A stretch of DNA of 64,000 nucleotides from Spirochaetia bacterium (GCA_965203055.1 OZ241863.1:800001-864000), one strand, 5' to 3'; counted from the first letter of the stretch, positions 39,479-50,184 are shown. Notes: a model not told the origin generated them from the letters alone. Made by a program: numbers and translations.

Positions 39479-42400
39479 CTACCCTGCGCGCGGCCGGGAG
39501 GCAAGCGTGAACACGGTGTCGGTGATCCAGCGCTTGAAGCCGGCGTTGTCCATGAACTGCTTGAAGAGCTGGGTGTCGTCGCGCATCAGCGCGGTCATCA
39601 CCCGCAGCAGCGCCCGGTCGTGTTCGATGCGGGCGTTCTGCCGGTCGGAGTTGCGCTGCGCGTTGCGGAAGGCGGCGTCCGCGGCCACGCGGGCGGGTAT
39701 GGTCTCGATGATGAGTTGCCGCACCCGGTCGGCGTCTTCCCAGTGGATGTCGCCGAAGTGCTCGTTGAAGGCGCGCAGGATGTCGGACAGCCGCTCCAGT
39801 TCCGGTTCGGGCCGGCCGCCGCCGCCGGCGGCCGGCACCGGGTCGATCGCCGCGTCCCGGTCCGGCAGCAGGAGCCGCTGCAGCGCCTGCTTCTCGACCC
39901 GGTAGCTGTCCAGGTCGATGGCGTCGAGGATGCCCTTGGCCAAGTCCTCCTCCTCGGGCGCGGGCAGCTTGGGCACCAGGAAGTTGAGGAAGATCGAGCG
40001 CTTCTCCCAGCCGGCGTCGGTGTACGGCAGGACGGCCGACAGAAAGCCGTAGGTGCGGATGAAGCCCTTGGCGTTGCCCTTGAACGCGACTTGCCCGTCT
40101 TCGTCCAGCTCGCGCCGGTAGACCGCCACGCAGGCGTCGAGGATCGGATCGAGGCGCTCGCGGCCGGCGCCGTCCAGGTAGCGCCGCACGAACTCTTCGA
40201 CCTGCTCGTCGGAATAGACCTGGGCGCGGTCCAGGTCGGCCTGCAGATCGTGCAGCCGGTTGGGGTCGGTCTCGTCGGCCAGGATCGTGGCGCGGTAGTA
40301 GTCCGCGAAGGCGCCGCGGATGGTGTCGGCGTCGTTGAGGAAGTCGAGCACGAAGACGTCGTGCTTGCCGGGATGCGCGCGGTTGAGGCGCGACAGGGTC
40401 TGCACCGCCTTGATGCCGGACAGCGGCTTGTCGACGTACATCGTGTGCAGCAGCGGCTCGTCGTAGCCGGTCTGGAACTTGTCCGCGCAGACCAGGAAGC
40501 GATAGGGCTCCTCCCGGAACCGGTCGGCGATCTGCGCCGCGGGCAGGCCGTTCAGCGGCGCCTCGCTCACCCTGGCGCCGCCGAACTCATGTTCGCCGGA
40601 GAAGGCGACCAGCGCCCGGTACGGGCTCTTGCGCTCCGCGAGGTAGGCGCGGATGGCGAGGAAGTATTGGACGGCGCGCTCGATGCCGCCGGTGACCACC
40701 ATCGCCCGCGCTTCGCCGCCGATCTTGCGCCGCGCCAGCACCCGGTCGTGGAAGTGGTCGACCATGATCTCGGCCTTGAGGCGGATCGCGTGGTCGCTCC
40801 CCTCCACGAAGCGGCGCAGCTTCTTCTGCGCCTTGCGGGCGTCGAACTCCGGGTCGTCCGCAACCGTCTTGGCCAGCCTGTAGTAGCTGGTCACCGGCGT
40901 GTAGTGGGCCAGCACGTCGAGGATGAACCCCTCCTGGATCGCCTGCTTCATGGTGTAGCTGTGGAAGGCATGGTGCCGCACGGCGCCGTCCGGCTGCGGG
41001 TCGGGAGCGCCGAAGATCTCCAGCGTCTTGTGCTTGGGGGTGGCGGTGAACGCGAAGTAGCTGGCGTTGGCCAGCAGCTTGCGCGACTCCATCAGGCGGT
41101 TGATCCGATCCTCGTCGGTCTCCTCCTCGTCACCCTCCCCGCCCGTCCCGCCGGCTTCCGAGAGCGCTTGCGTCATGGCCGCGCTGGTGCGGCCGCCCTG
41201 GCTGGAATGCGCCTCGTCGATGACGATGGCGAAGCGCCGGCGGCGGTGCTCGCCGCCGATCTCGTCCAGGATGAGCGGGAACTTCTGCACCGTGGAGATG
41301 ATGATCTTCTTGCCGCTCTCGATGAAGCGGCGCAGGTCGCCCGAGCGTTCGGCGTGCGCGACGGTCGCCCCCACCTGGGCGTATTGGCGGATGGTGTCGC
41401 GAATCTGCCGGTCGAGGATGCGGCGGTCGGTAACCACGATGATCGAGGCGAACAGCGGCGCGTCGTCGCGCGTCAGCCCGATCAGTTGGTGCGCCAGCCA
41501 GGCGATGGAGTTGCTCTTGCCGCTGCCGGCCGAGTGCTGGATCAGGTAGCGCCGGCCGGCGCCGTTGGCGGCGGCGTCGGCCAGCAGGTTGCGCACTGCG
41601 CCGAGTTGGTGATACCGGGGCCAGATCTGCGTCCGCTTGCTGCGGCCGGACTTGGCGTCCTTCGACGCCACTACCTGGGCGTAATTCTCCAGGATGTCGG
41701 CCAGGCTGCGGCGGGTCAGCACCTCGCGCCACAGGTACTCGATCGCCAGCCCGTGGGGGTTGGGCGGGTTGCCGGCGCCGTCGTTCCAGCCGCGGTTGAA
41801 GGGCAGGAACCAGGAGGTCTTGCCGGTCAGGTGGGTGCAGAAGCGAACCTCGCGCTCATCGGCGGCGAAGTGCGCCACGCAGCGCCCAAACTCGAACAGC
41901 CGCTCGCGCGGGTTGCGGTCCTGCCGGTACTGCAGTACCGCGTCGGCCACGGTCTGCTTGGTGAGGCTGTTCTTCAGCTCGAAGGTGAACACCGGCAGGC
42001 CGTTGATGAACAGGCCGAGGTCGAGCGCCCGCTGCGCCTCGTCCCGGCTGTAGCGGAGCTGGCGGGTGACGGTGAAGCGGTTGCGCGCGAACCGTTCCTG
42101 CGCCGGCCGGTTGCCGGGCGACGGGGTGCCGTAGAACAGGTCCAGGTGGCGCGCGCCGTGCTTGACGCCGCGGCGCAGCACGTCGATGGTGCCGCGCTTG
42201 GCGACCTCGCCCTGCAGGCGGGCCAGAAACCGGCGCCGCGTCGGGCCATCGCGCGCCAAGTCCAATGCCTCGGCGGCCTCGGGCTGGGTAGCGTGCAGGA
42301 AGGCGGCGAGCTGAACCAGATCGACGCAGTGCTCGCGGTCGTAGTCGTGGAAGTTGCCGGCGCTCCATCCCACTCCGCCGTACCCGTCGTCCGGCTCGGC

Positions 42401-42505
42401 GATGATCCCTTCCGTGGTCCCTTCCGCCGGCGGATCGCACGGGAGCCCGGTCAGCCCCATGCAGATCAGCCGCTCCAGCCCCCGCTCCGACGTATCCGTA
42501 CTCAT
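39479..42505 (-). CDS. hsdR: Type I restriction endonuclease subunit R
   Basis: Motifs DLGLFINGLP..FELKN, HSAGSGKS, DEAHSSQ, FTATPK and QTLSRLNR. Confidence 0.96.
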   Translation of the reverse strand: MSTDTSERGLERLICMGLTGLPCDPPAEGTTEGIIAEPDDGYGGVGWSAGNFHDYDREHCVDLVQLAAFLHATQPEAAEALDLARDGPTRRRFLARLQGEVAKRGTIDVLRRGVKHGARHLDLFYGTPSPGNRPAQERFARNRFTVTRQLRYSRDEAQRALDLGLFINGLPVFTFELKNSLTKQTVADAVLQYRQDRNPRERLFEFGRCVAHFAADEREVRFCTHLTGKTSWFLPFNRGWNDGAGNPPNPHGLAIEYLWREVLTRRSLADILENYAQVVASKDAKSGRSKRTQIWPRYHQLGAVRNLLADAAANGAGRRYLIQHSAGSGKSNSIAWLAHQLIGLTRDDAPLFASIIVVTDRRILDRQIRDTIRQYAQVGATVAHAERSGDLRRFIESGKKIIISTVQKFPLILDEIGGEHRRRRFAIVIDEAHSSQGGRTSAAMTQALSEAGGTGGEGDEEETDEDRINRLMESRKLLANASYFAFTATPKHKTLEIFGAPDPQPDGAVRHHAFHSYTMKQAIQEGFILDVLAHYTPVTSYYRLAKTVADDPEFDARKAQKKLRRFVEGSDHAIRLKAEIMVDHFHDRVLARRKIGGEARAMVVTGGIERAVQYFLAIRAYLAERKSPYRALVAFSGEHEFGGARVSEAPLNGLPAAQIADRFREEPYRFLVCADKFQTGYDEPLLHTMYVDKPLSGIKAVQTLSRLNRAHPGKHDVFVLDFLNDADTIRGAFADYYRATILADETDPNRLHDLQADLDRAQVYSDEQVEEFVRRYLDGAGRERLDPILDACVAVYRRELDEDGQVAFKGNAKGFIRTYGFLSAVLPYTDAGWEKRSIFLNFLVPKLPAPEEEDLAKGILDAIDLDSYRVEKQALQRLLLPDRDAAIDPVPAAGGGGRPEPELERLSDILRAFNEHFGDIHWEDADRVRQLIIETIPARVAADAAFRNAQRNSDRQNARIEHDRALLRVMTALMRDDTQLFKQFMDNAGFKRWITDTVFTLASRPRAG

Positions 42506-42515
42506 TGCCGCTGCC

Positions 42516-44219
42516 TCAATTGAACCTGAGCCCGAACAGGCCGCCGGTGTCGGTCGCGTCCGTCAACCTCGTGCCGACCACGTACCGCTCCACGTCAAAT
42601 CCTTTCGAGAAACCCTCCCGCGGCATGGTATCGGAGTTCAGGGTAACGATGTATTGAAATCCCGCGCGGTCGGCTCGCTCGGCGCCGAGCTGCAGCGCCT
42701 TCGCAACCTGACGCTCGTCGACGCCGTCGAACAGATGGCTATCGTGGATGAGGAACCCGGGCGATCGGCCGCGCCGCGCACCCAGCTCCGCCAGCATGAG
42801 ATCGAAGCAGAATATCTGCATGTTGGTAATTCCCTTGCTGCGTTCCGCGTCGATATGCACCTCGAATTTCGGGCCGGATGGAGTATCGGCTATCGTCAAA
42901 CTTCCGGCCCGTTCATACAGCGATTCGGACAAGCTCTCGAACTGCAGAATCGCTTCGCGCACGATCTCCCCGCGCTCTCTGATATCATCGCGGAGAACTT
43001 GAACCAGCCGCGCTCGTTCCAGATCCTGTTCTGTCTTCGTGCGTTCCATCCGCTCGGCGAGCTCGAGGCGTTCTCGAAGTGACTCGCTTTGCGCTTCGAT
43101 CCGGCCGAGCTCCTCGCGCAAATCGGTGTAATGCTCCAGCGCTCCTCCGGACCGGAGTATCTCCATGACCTGGCGGCGCCGCTGATCGAGTTGCGCTTGC
43201 CGCGCGTCGCGCTCGCCGATTCGGCCTTCGGCGCTCTCGATCTCTGCCCGGAGATGTGAGCGCCGGTTCTCGACGACGGTCCGATGGAATCGATCCACCT
43301 GCTCAAGACGCCGGCGCGGCAGGTCCGGAAGTACGATACCAGCCTCCTCGTAGAGCTTGACGACGTCCCGATGGTCCGGCGCGTCCTCCTCCTCCAACGA
43401 GGACCGAAGCTCGCGAGTCAGCTCTCGATCGGCCACGTTCTCTATGCTCAGTTCACTGATCTCCGCAGTGATCCGATCGGCCTCGCGCTGCAGATCCTGG
43501 TATTCGGGGACAACTCGAAAATCACCAAGGCGGTCGCGCAGGCGAGATCCGTGCGCCTCGGAGAGCGTAAGACTGGTTCGCAGGTCGGCCGCCCTGCCGA
43601 AATACCGTCCCAGATCGCCGTCCCGGGCAGCTCGGCGAAGCTCCTTGACAACTCTCTCTTGCCCCCTGAGATCCTGAAACCGAGCAGGGACCGTCCAGTC
43701 GAGACCCAGGAGGTAGCATATGGTTACCTGTTGGTCCCATGGCTGCTGTTTGGACGAATGCTGCGTCGGCTGTTGAAAGCCGCCGTCCTGCTGGCGGCGT
43801 ACGACCATCGAGAACAGCGAGCGAAAACTAGGCTTCCATTTTTCCTCGGACTCCTCGGGAAGCCCGAAGCATGATTTACCAAGAATACCCTTCCACTCGG
43901 TATTGGAAAGCTCGTTGCTGTCGACCAGGACCCGACTTGCCTTCGACCCGCGGCGCGCGACGGTCATGGTAGTTCCGCCGATGTCGACCGATCCGGAGAA
44001 CCTGCATTTGCTCAACAGCGGTCCGCGGAATATGCTCTGCAGGCGTACGTCCGCGCCGAACAGAAAATGCACCAGTTCGATGAAGCTGGTCTTCCCTGCG
44101 CCGTTGCGAGATTGGCGGTCGGTGGCGCCTTCGCTCTTGTCCGACAGAATGATGTTCAGCCCCGGTCCGAAGCACAACGTCTTGAACGACCGCAGGTCGC
44201 TAGCCAACCGGTGAATCAT
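42516..44219 (-). CDS. SMC/ABC-like ATPase of ABC-three-component (Lamassu LmuB-like, DUF2326)
   Basis: Walker A RNGAGKTS, central coiled coil, SKG signature, FLIHDSHLFDGVDERQ and QYIVTLNSD. ATGA coupling with the upstream gene. Confidence 0.88.
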   Translation of the reverse strand: MIHRLASDLRSFKTLCFGPGLNIILSDKSEGATDRQSRNGAGKTSFIELVHFLFGADVRLQSIFRGPLLSKCRFSGSVDIGGTTMTVARRGSKASRVLVDSNELSNTEWKGILGKSCFGLPEESEEKWKPSFRSLFSMVVRRQQDGGFQQPTQHSSKQQPWDQQVTICYLLGLDWTVPARFQDLRGQERVVKELRRAARDGDLGRYFGRAADLRTSLTLSEAHGSRLRDRLGDFRVVPEYQDLQREADRITAEISELSIENVADRELTRELRSSLEEEDAPDHRDVVKLYEEAGIVLPDLPRRRLEQVDRFHRTVVENRRSHLRAEIESAEGRIGERDARQAQLDQRRRQVMEILRSGGALEHYTDLREELGRIEAQSESLRERLELAERMERTKTEQDLERARLVQVLRDDIRERGEIVREAILQFESLSESLYERAGSLTIADTPSGPKFEVHIDAERSKGITNMQIFCFDLMLAELGARRGRSPGFLIHDSHLFDGVDERQVAKALQLGAERADRAGFQYIVTLNSDTMPREGFSKGFDVERYVVGTRLTDATDTGGLFGLRFN

Positions 44220-44461
44220 CGTGAGGCCCTGCGTATCACGCCGCGCTCGAAGTCGATCGCCCCGATCATGTACAGAAGGTCCAGCGCCAATACGAACCAG
44301 CGGTAATCGAGCACGGCGTTCGAATTCGATGCCGTGCGCCGCAATCGCAGATGGTCCCACAGTCCCGACATGGTCATCGGCTTCGCCAGCCCGGCCAGTA
44401 TGTCGGCGCCAATGCCCAGCAGCGCCCGATCCGGTCGAATGTGCTTGGTAGGAAGGATCAT
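44216..44461 (-). CDS. ABC-3C middle component (LmuC-like), 81 aa
   Basis: MILPTKHI....LLG.G and FVLALDLLY.IG.I; ATGA overlaps on both sides. Confidence 0.82.
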   Translation of the reverse strand: MILPTKHIRPDRALLGIGADILAGLAKPMTMSGLWDHLRLRRTASNSNAVLDYRWFVLALDLLYMIGAIDFERGVIRRASR

Positions 44462-45357
44462 GAATCGGTCCCAGGATCTTCGAAGATGTCGCAGCGTTCG
44501 AAGAAGTATGACAATACCGCAAGGGCGGCACCTTGACGCTTTGGCTCGCTTCCCGATCCGGCGTACTGCTGCAGATGGGCGAAGATCTCGTCGGGCGATC
44601 GGCCTTGATCCCGCAGACTTGCATACGTGCGGCGGAACGACTCCGCTATTCTTTCCCCCAAATCAGGCCGTGGATGGTTACGGAAATAGGAGTCTACCAG
44701 CGCCTCCTTGCGACGGCCCAAGGAAAGCAGAGCCGACGCTTCGGCGGACAGCTCGTTCTTTTCCAATTTGTCGGGTGATGGTGGCTTGAGAGAGACCTCA
44801 TACGGAGACGGATCCTCTCGTTGCAGGTGGTTGATGACTGGCGGAAGATCGTCCATGATCAGTGTCTCGACGCCGGTCCTGGACGGAGCGGGACCGAAGA
44901 GAGCCGCCTTCGCAGGCAAGTCCAGGCGTTCCGACAATGCGCTGAGTTCGGGCTCGCCCCATATGACTATCTTGACCGAAGGATGGGCGTTCCGCAAGGA
45001 ATCGATATATCGAAATACGTCCGGCGGTAGACCACGCTCATCATTATGGACGAAAGCCCATTCGGTCATCTCATGCCAATTATCGAGGGCACCGCGGAAA
45101 TCCTCGTCGATCTTCCTGGCAAGGCGATCAGCCCTCATTTCATACGGGGCATAACACTGAAATATCGTGCCCGTACTAAGACGGCGGCCGTCGCACTTTA
45201 GGTCGCCACGAGGTCCGTACGGGCGAACCGCTTCAAAGTCGGGGCCGAGAGCATAGCGGGCTAGGCGGACGAACCAGTCCTGAAATTCGACTCCCTTCTT
45301 GGTGCGGAATGCCAACAGAAAGTGAAGTCGATAGAAATCCGCCTGCACTTCATCCAT
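44458..45357 (-). CDS. ABC-3C effector (LmuA-like): N-terminal PD-(D/E)XK-like nuclease plus C-terminal domain
   Basis: EFQ..F, GPRGDLKCDG and FQCYAP; C-terminal K...N.L and YFFERCDIFE. Confidence 0.82.
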   Translation of the reverse strand: MDEVQADFYRLHFLLAFRTKKGVEFQDWFVRLARYALGPDFEAVRPYGPRGDLKCDGRRLSTGTIFQCYAPYEMRADRLARKIDEDFRGALDNWHEMTEWAFVHNDERGLPPDVFRYIDSLRNAHPSVKIVIWGEPELSALSERLDLPAKAALFGPAPSRTGVETLIMDDLPPVINHLQREDPSPYEVSLKPPSPDKLEKNELSAEASALLSLGRRKEALVDSYFRNHPRPDLGERIAESFRRTYASLRDQGRSPDEIFAHLQQYAGSGSEPKRQGAALAVLSYFFERCDIFEDPGTDS

Positions 45358-45408
45358 CAGATGCACCCTCGCGCCCGAGCCGAAACACGTAGCGGGCGCA
45401 GGCACCCA

Positions 45409-45624
45409 TCACGTGTCTTGGTCCGGGCACCGGAGATGTGCTTTGGTATGATTCTCACCCAGACCGAGCTCGTCGAGATACAGCCTGATCGCGTCGGTGA
45501 CCAGGGCGCGCACCTCGGCCTCGGTCTCCCCAGCCACGCCGATGCCGGGAAGTTCAGGTACGTAGGCGCCGTACGCGCCAGGGCCGTACTGCTCTACCAC
45601 GGCCCGATATTCACTCCGCGCCAT
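45409..45624 (-). CDS. HicB-like antitoxin (no adjacent hicA)
   Basis: YGAYVPELPG..V.GET..E....DAI..YL. Confidence 0.8.
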   Translation of the reverse strand: MARSEYRAVVEQYGPGAYGAYVPELPGIGVAGETEAEVRALVTDAIRLYLDELGLGENHTKAHLRCPDQDT

Positions 45625-45754
45625 TTCCACGACCGGATTATGCTGCTACGTCACCAACGGGTAAACCACGTCCTGCCGGGCGCCCAATGGTCGGACGCCC
45701 GGCAGGGCAGTGGTTTGACAAATCGTCGTTTTGATGCTCAGATATCCGTGATTC

Positions 45755-46962
45755 ATGTGGATCGAACGGCTCATCGGGGAGCGGATCGAGCGGCTGGCGG
45801 CGGCGTTTCCGGCGGTCATCGTGACCGGCGCCCGGCAGACCGGGAAGACCTCGCTCGTCAAGCGGCTGTTCCGGAGCATCGCTACGTCAGCCTCGATCTG
45901 CGGCTGCTGGCCGAGCAGGCCGAGGAGGCGCCGGAGAGCTTTCTGCGCGATCATCCGCCGCCGGTGGTGATCGACGAGGTGCAGTACGCGCCCGGCCTGT
46001 TCCGGCATCTGAAGGTGGCGATCGATGGCGACCGCCGCCGCAAGGGGTCGTTCATCCTGACCGGCTCGCAGAAATTCACCTCGATGCGCGCCGTCAGCGA
46101 CAGCTTGGCCGGCCGGTGCGCGGTGGTCAGCCTGCCCGGCCTGTGCGTGGAGGAGATCCGCGCCGCGGGCCGGCAGCCGGAGACTGCGCCGTCCGGCGAC
46201 CTGCTGGCGCGCGGCGGCTTTCCCGAGCTGTGGGCGGAGCCCGCGATTTCGGCCCGCGAGTTCTATCAGAGCTACGTCAGCACCTACCTGGAGCGCGACC
46301 TGCGGCAGGTCGTCAACGTCGGCAGCCTGCGCGACTTCGAGCGCTTCCTGCGCGCCGGCGCGGTCCGCGCCGGCCAGTTGCTGAACAAGTCCAACCTGGC
46401 GCGCGACGTCGGCGTTGCCCAGACCACCGCGAGCCACTGGTTGTCGGCGCTGGAGGCGGGCAATCAGGTGACCTTGCTGGAACCGTTCTTTGCTAACGTC
46501 GGCAAGCGGCTGGTGAAGGCGCCCAAGCTCTACTTCAACGACACCGGGCTGCTGTGCTTCCTGCTGGGCGTGAACGCCGGCGACCTGGGGCCGTCGCCGC
46601 TCACCGGCGCGATATGGGAAAACTTCGTGTTTACCGAGCTGCGCACGTGGCTCGATCTGGCGCGCCCGGAGTGGTCGTTGTGGTATTACCGCGATCAACA
46701 GAACCGGGAAGCCGACTTCCTCATCCAGGGGCCGTATGAATCGATCCGGCTGCTCGACGCCAAGTGGACCGAGAGCCCGCGCCGGCCGGCGTTCGCGCAA
46801 CTCGACAAGGTCGCCGCGGTGGTCGGGAGCGCGCCGGGCGTGGCCCGCACCGAAGTTGCCATCGCCGGCCGCATGGCGGGCGTCCGCCAACTCGGAGCGA
46901 ACCGGTGCGCCGTGTCGGCCTACGCCATTGCCGACTACCTGCGTCCCCGCGAGAACACGTGA
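45755..46962 (+). pseudogene. AAA_14 / DUF4143 ATPase with C-terminal nuclease-like motif; frameshift near 45870
   Basis: Walker A GARQTGKT is in one frame. IDEVQY, LTGSQ, GGFPE, KAPKLYF.DTGL and EADF..DAK are in the next. One C is missing in TTCC(C)GGAG. Confidence 0.8.
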
Positions 46963-47016
46963 ACGAGGGGCCGGTCACCGCGCATGCGGCTTACTTCCAT
47001 GGCGTGTCTCCGTCAT

Positions 47017-48330
47017 CTATTCGGCTTGCTCGACAGGATCGAACGCCGGCGGCGAGGTCGATACGTCGCGCACGTCGATCCTGCCGGCAATCACGTCGGC
47101 AATCAGGCGCGTACGGAATTCGTCCAACAGTGCGATCAGCTTTCGTGTAGCTGCAATTTGATGACGGATGAGTCGTTCGGTGTGGTCGAGGAAGCGAACG
47201 ATCGTGGTCTGTTCGGAAAGAGGCGGGACCGGGAGCGAGCAATTGCCATATTTCTCTCCATTGAGATTTTCGATGGTGGATGAAATCGCGTTTACCCTCA
47301 AGAAGTTGCCGAATGACCGTGTTTTCGTGAACCAGAACAGATACTTGGGCAGCACGACGCTCTTATCCGCTATGAATCGAACCAGGTATCCGGCATATGC
47401 GCACGGACCATGTTTCTTGCTATTGTAGATGAAGGAACGTCCAATGGTGCCACTTCTAGAGATCAGTAGATCTCCGTCCGACAGAATATAGTCCTCTACC
47501 AAATCAGCAGGAACGAACACTCCTTCGTCTCTGAGTTGTCCATCCTCCGTTATGTCGGTAGTCCGGAGAAAACGAACGCCGGCGTCCGCGTACGAACTTG
47601 CCGGCACGTTGGCCCCGTACAGCGCGGATCGAGAGCAGATCGACTTCAATCTGCGCACGGACCAATGCTTCGGAATCGTCCTCAGCCACTCGACACCGGA
47701 AGGTCGGTAGGCTGAGTACGGACGGCCGGTTCGCACCTCTATCTGGCCCGTGACGGCTTGATGGATGATGGCCTGCTTCTGCTCGGCGAGCAGTGCAATC
47801 AGCCTCTGCCTGGCGCGGATGTAGCGCTGGATGCGGTGGTCTGCGTGATCGAGGAAGCGGACAATAGCCTCTTGTTCAGAAAATCTCGGGATCGGCACGA
47901 CTCGCCGATAGGCTTCCTCGCGGTCGAGACCGGGTACCGCCGAATCTCTCGTTACGTCATCCAGCCTTAGCCAGCCAAGAAGAAAATAGAGCCAACGAAT
48001 GTGACCTGACGACCAACAGGGATCGACGAAGAACGTAGTGTCAATGGCGAATACGGGTGTAAGAGAGTAGTTTACCTTTCCAAAGGATCCCTTTCGACCG
48101 ACGATGATACAGGGAGCATTTGTGTTTGCTGCGTAATGAGAACCGACATATCCGTTTGATCCGAACACCGGTACGTTTCCTTTTCGACGATTTTCTTCGC
48201 TGAGAGAATCTCCATAAACCAATCGACAGATCCGCTTGAGACGTAGGACATCCCAATGCGCAGGTACCTTTCCCAGTGCTTCGACACCGGAGTCCTTCAT
48301 GTTCGGGTAGGGCTTGAGGTTGGCGGTCAT
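47017..48330 (-). CDS. hsdS: Type I R-M specificity subunit
   Basis: KDSGVE.LG.VP.HW, two TRDs each ending P...EQ..IVRFLD, and helical spacers. Confidence 0.95.
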   Translation of the reverse strand: MTANLKPYPNMKDSGVEALGKVPAHWDVLRLKRICRLVYGDSLSEENRRKGNVPVFGSNGYVGSHYAANTNAPCIIVGRKGSFGKVNYSLTPVFAIDTTFFVDPCWSSGHIRWLYFLLGWLRLDDVTRDSAVPGLDREEAYRRVVPIPRFSEQEAIVRFLDHADHRIQRYIRARQRLIALLAEQKQAIIHQAVTGQIEVRTGRPYSAYRPSGVEWLRTIPKHWSVRRLKSICSRSALYGANVPASSYADAGVRFLRTTDITEDGQLRDEGVFVPADLVEDYILSDGDLLISRSGTIGRSFIYNSKKHGPCAYAGYLVRFIADKSVVLPKYLFWFTKTRSFGNFLRVNAISSTIENLNGEKYGNCSLPVPPLSEQTTIVRFLDHTERLIRHQIAATRKLIALLDEFRTRLIADVIAGRIDVRDVSTSPPAFDPVEQAE

Positions 48331-48379
48331 GGCTGAGAACCGCGGCGGTTTCTCATCAAACAAACGATCGGCGGCGGCG

Positions 48380-49852
48380 TCAGCTCGGGGGAACCGGGCC
48401 GGGTCGCTGCGGCAGGGGGTAGCGGGTTCCGGTGATGGCGATGCGGAAGCGGTCGTCCGGGCTGGGCAGAGGATTCATGGCGACGTGCAGCGCCTGGTCC
48501 GGCGGCTGCATTTCCACGTGGAAGTGGCGGAACAGCACCGCGGTGACGACCAGGTACAGGAGGTCGGCGACCGACGCCCCCAGGCAGGTGTGCGGGCCGA
48601 GGCCGTAGGGGCAGTAGACGTTCGGCTGCAGGTGTTCCTTGCGGTCCGCCGCGTAGCGGCCGACGTCGAAGCGTTCCGGGTCGGGAAAGTATTGCGGCAG
48701 GTGATGGGTCACCGTGTTGGCGATGATGCAGTACTCGTCCTTGGGGATCTCGTAGCCTTGGAATTCGAAGGCGGCTATCGACGTACGGGGAAGCGCGGGC
48801 GCCGGCGGGTGCAGGCGCAGAATCTCCATGGCCGCGTGCCTGGTGTGTACCATGGAGCGCAGCGATTCGCGGTCGGGAAAGCCGGCGGCGAACGCCAGAT
48901 CGGCCTCCGCCACGACCGCCCGGCGCAGCTCCGGATCGCGCAGGATGTGGTACAGCAGGAAGGAGGTGGCGCTGGCCGCCGTATCCATGCCGGCGATGAA
49001 CGGGCCGATGAGCGCAGCCACCGCGTCCCGCTCGTTCATCAGCCGCGGATGCTCGGCGTGGAACTTGCGGACCAGGTCGACGAAATCGCCGCCGCTTTCC
49101 AGGTAATCGCGTACGTGATGCTGGTCCCAGATGCGGCGCGCCATCGCGTGCACCGAGCGCTTGGCCGCGGCGTAGCGCGGCAGATACTTCATGGAGGAGG
49201 GCCGTACCCTCTGGATGTGGATCTGCACCAGCGCGCGAAAGAAATAGATCAGATCCTCCATCACTTCCGCCGGTTCCTGGTTCGTGGCCATCAATCCCAG
49301 CACGGACGAAACCAGACGCTTGACATACGGGAACGCGGCGATCGGCGTCCGCACGGGCCAGCTCCGCAGCAGGCCGAACTGGCTCCTGACCAGCTTCTCC
49401 ATCTGCGCGTAGAGCGTCCTGCCGGAGTAGCCCTCCTTGAGGCCGGCGCGCAGGGTGCGATGGTCGGGGCCGTCCAACTCGATGACCGTGGGGTTGTCGC
49501 CGCCAAGCACCTGGTGGATGTCCTGCATCACTTCACCGGAGGCGAACAGGCGATGGCCCTGTCGCTTCATCAGCGCATTCGCTTCGGGACCGGCCAGCAC
49601 CAGCAGACGGCGATTCAGGGCCCGCACGCGGAACACCGGTCCCAACCGCAGATACTGCCTGGTGAGGAAATCGCCCGTCGCCGTCACCATCTGCCGCATG
49701 TTGCCGATGATCGGAGGGCCCGGCGCCATCGGTATGGTCATGGTCGATACTGCCGCCATCTGACCGGATAGTACGCACCCCTCGGACTCGGCGACAAGCA
49801 CATCAGCCCGTCGCGGTCGGCTCGCTGGCGGAGTGCCGAGTCGCTCGCTCAT
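48380..49852 (-). CDS. Cytochrome P450 (alternative start 49759)
   Basis: I-helix AGMDT, ExxR (EILR), PERF and heme motif YGLGPHTCLG. Confidence 0.93.
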   Translation of the reverse strand: MSERLGTPPASRPRRADVLVAESEGCVLSGQMAAVSTMTIPMAPGPPIIGNMRQMVTATGDFLTRQYLRLGPVFRVRALNRRLLVLAGPEANALMKRQGHRLFASGEVMQDIHQVLGGDNPTVIELDGPDHRTLRAGLKEGYSGRTLYAQMEKLVRSQFGLLRSWPVRTPIAAFPYVKRLVSSVLGLMATNQEPAEVMEDLIYFFRALVQIHIQRVRPSSMKYLPRYAAAKRSVHAMARRIWDQHHVRDYLESGGDFVDLVRKFHAEHPRLMNERDAVAALIGPFIAGMDTAASATSFLLYHILRDPELRRAVVAEADLAFAAGFPDRESLRSMVHTRHAAMEILRLHPPAPALPRTSIAAFEFQGYEIPKDEYCIIANTVTHHLPQYFPDPERFDVGRYAADRKEHLQPNVYCPYGLGPHTCLGASVADLLYLVVTAVLFRHFHVEMQPPDQALHVAMNPLPSPDDRFRIAITGTRYPLPQRPGPVPPS

Positions 49853-50184
49853 CGAACGATCCTCCGCTCCCGGATGTCCTGCGCGGTGAACAGACGCTGC
49901 CGGACCGCGTCGATATGCTTCCTCAGAGGCCGGTAAGTTATCCCTTCATAGCTAAAGATACTCACCGACACGGACAGATTGCTCTCGATGAAGAGCGTCC
50001 TCAGGCGATCGATAGCGGCTTCCCTGACTGCTCCATGTATCACCAAGTCGATGTCGGAGTGGCTCCGGTGCTTGCCGGTGGCGCGCGATCCGAACAGATC
50101 GACCTGCGTAATCTCATCGTTGCATTCGGCCAGCACTGTGCGAATCGTTTCGAGATCTGCGTCAGAAATGCCGTGCTCAGCCAT
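49849..50184 (-). CDS. Minimal nucleotidyltransferase (MntA-like antitoxin)
   Basis: LFGSRATG....SDIDL. Confidence 0.88.
   Translation of the reverse strand: MAEHGISDADLETIRTVLAECNDEITQVDLFGSRATGKHRSHSDIDLVIHGAVREAAIDRLRTLFIESNLSVSVSIFSYEGITYRPLRKHIDAVRQRLFTAQDIRERRIVR

Noticed and set aside
45860..45880. Programmed frameshift or true pseudogenisation of the DUF4143 ATPase (likewise the SBP at ~62713 and several rpnC indels)
   Set aside because: Single-base indels in short homopolymers with no slippery heptamer. These cannot be distinguished from long-read errors without the reads.
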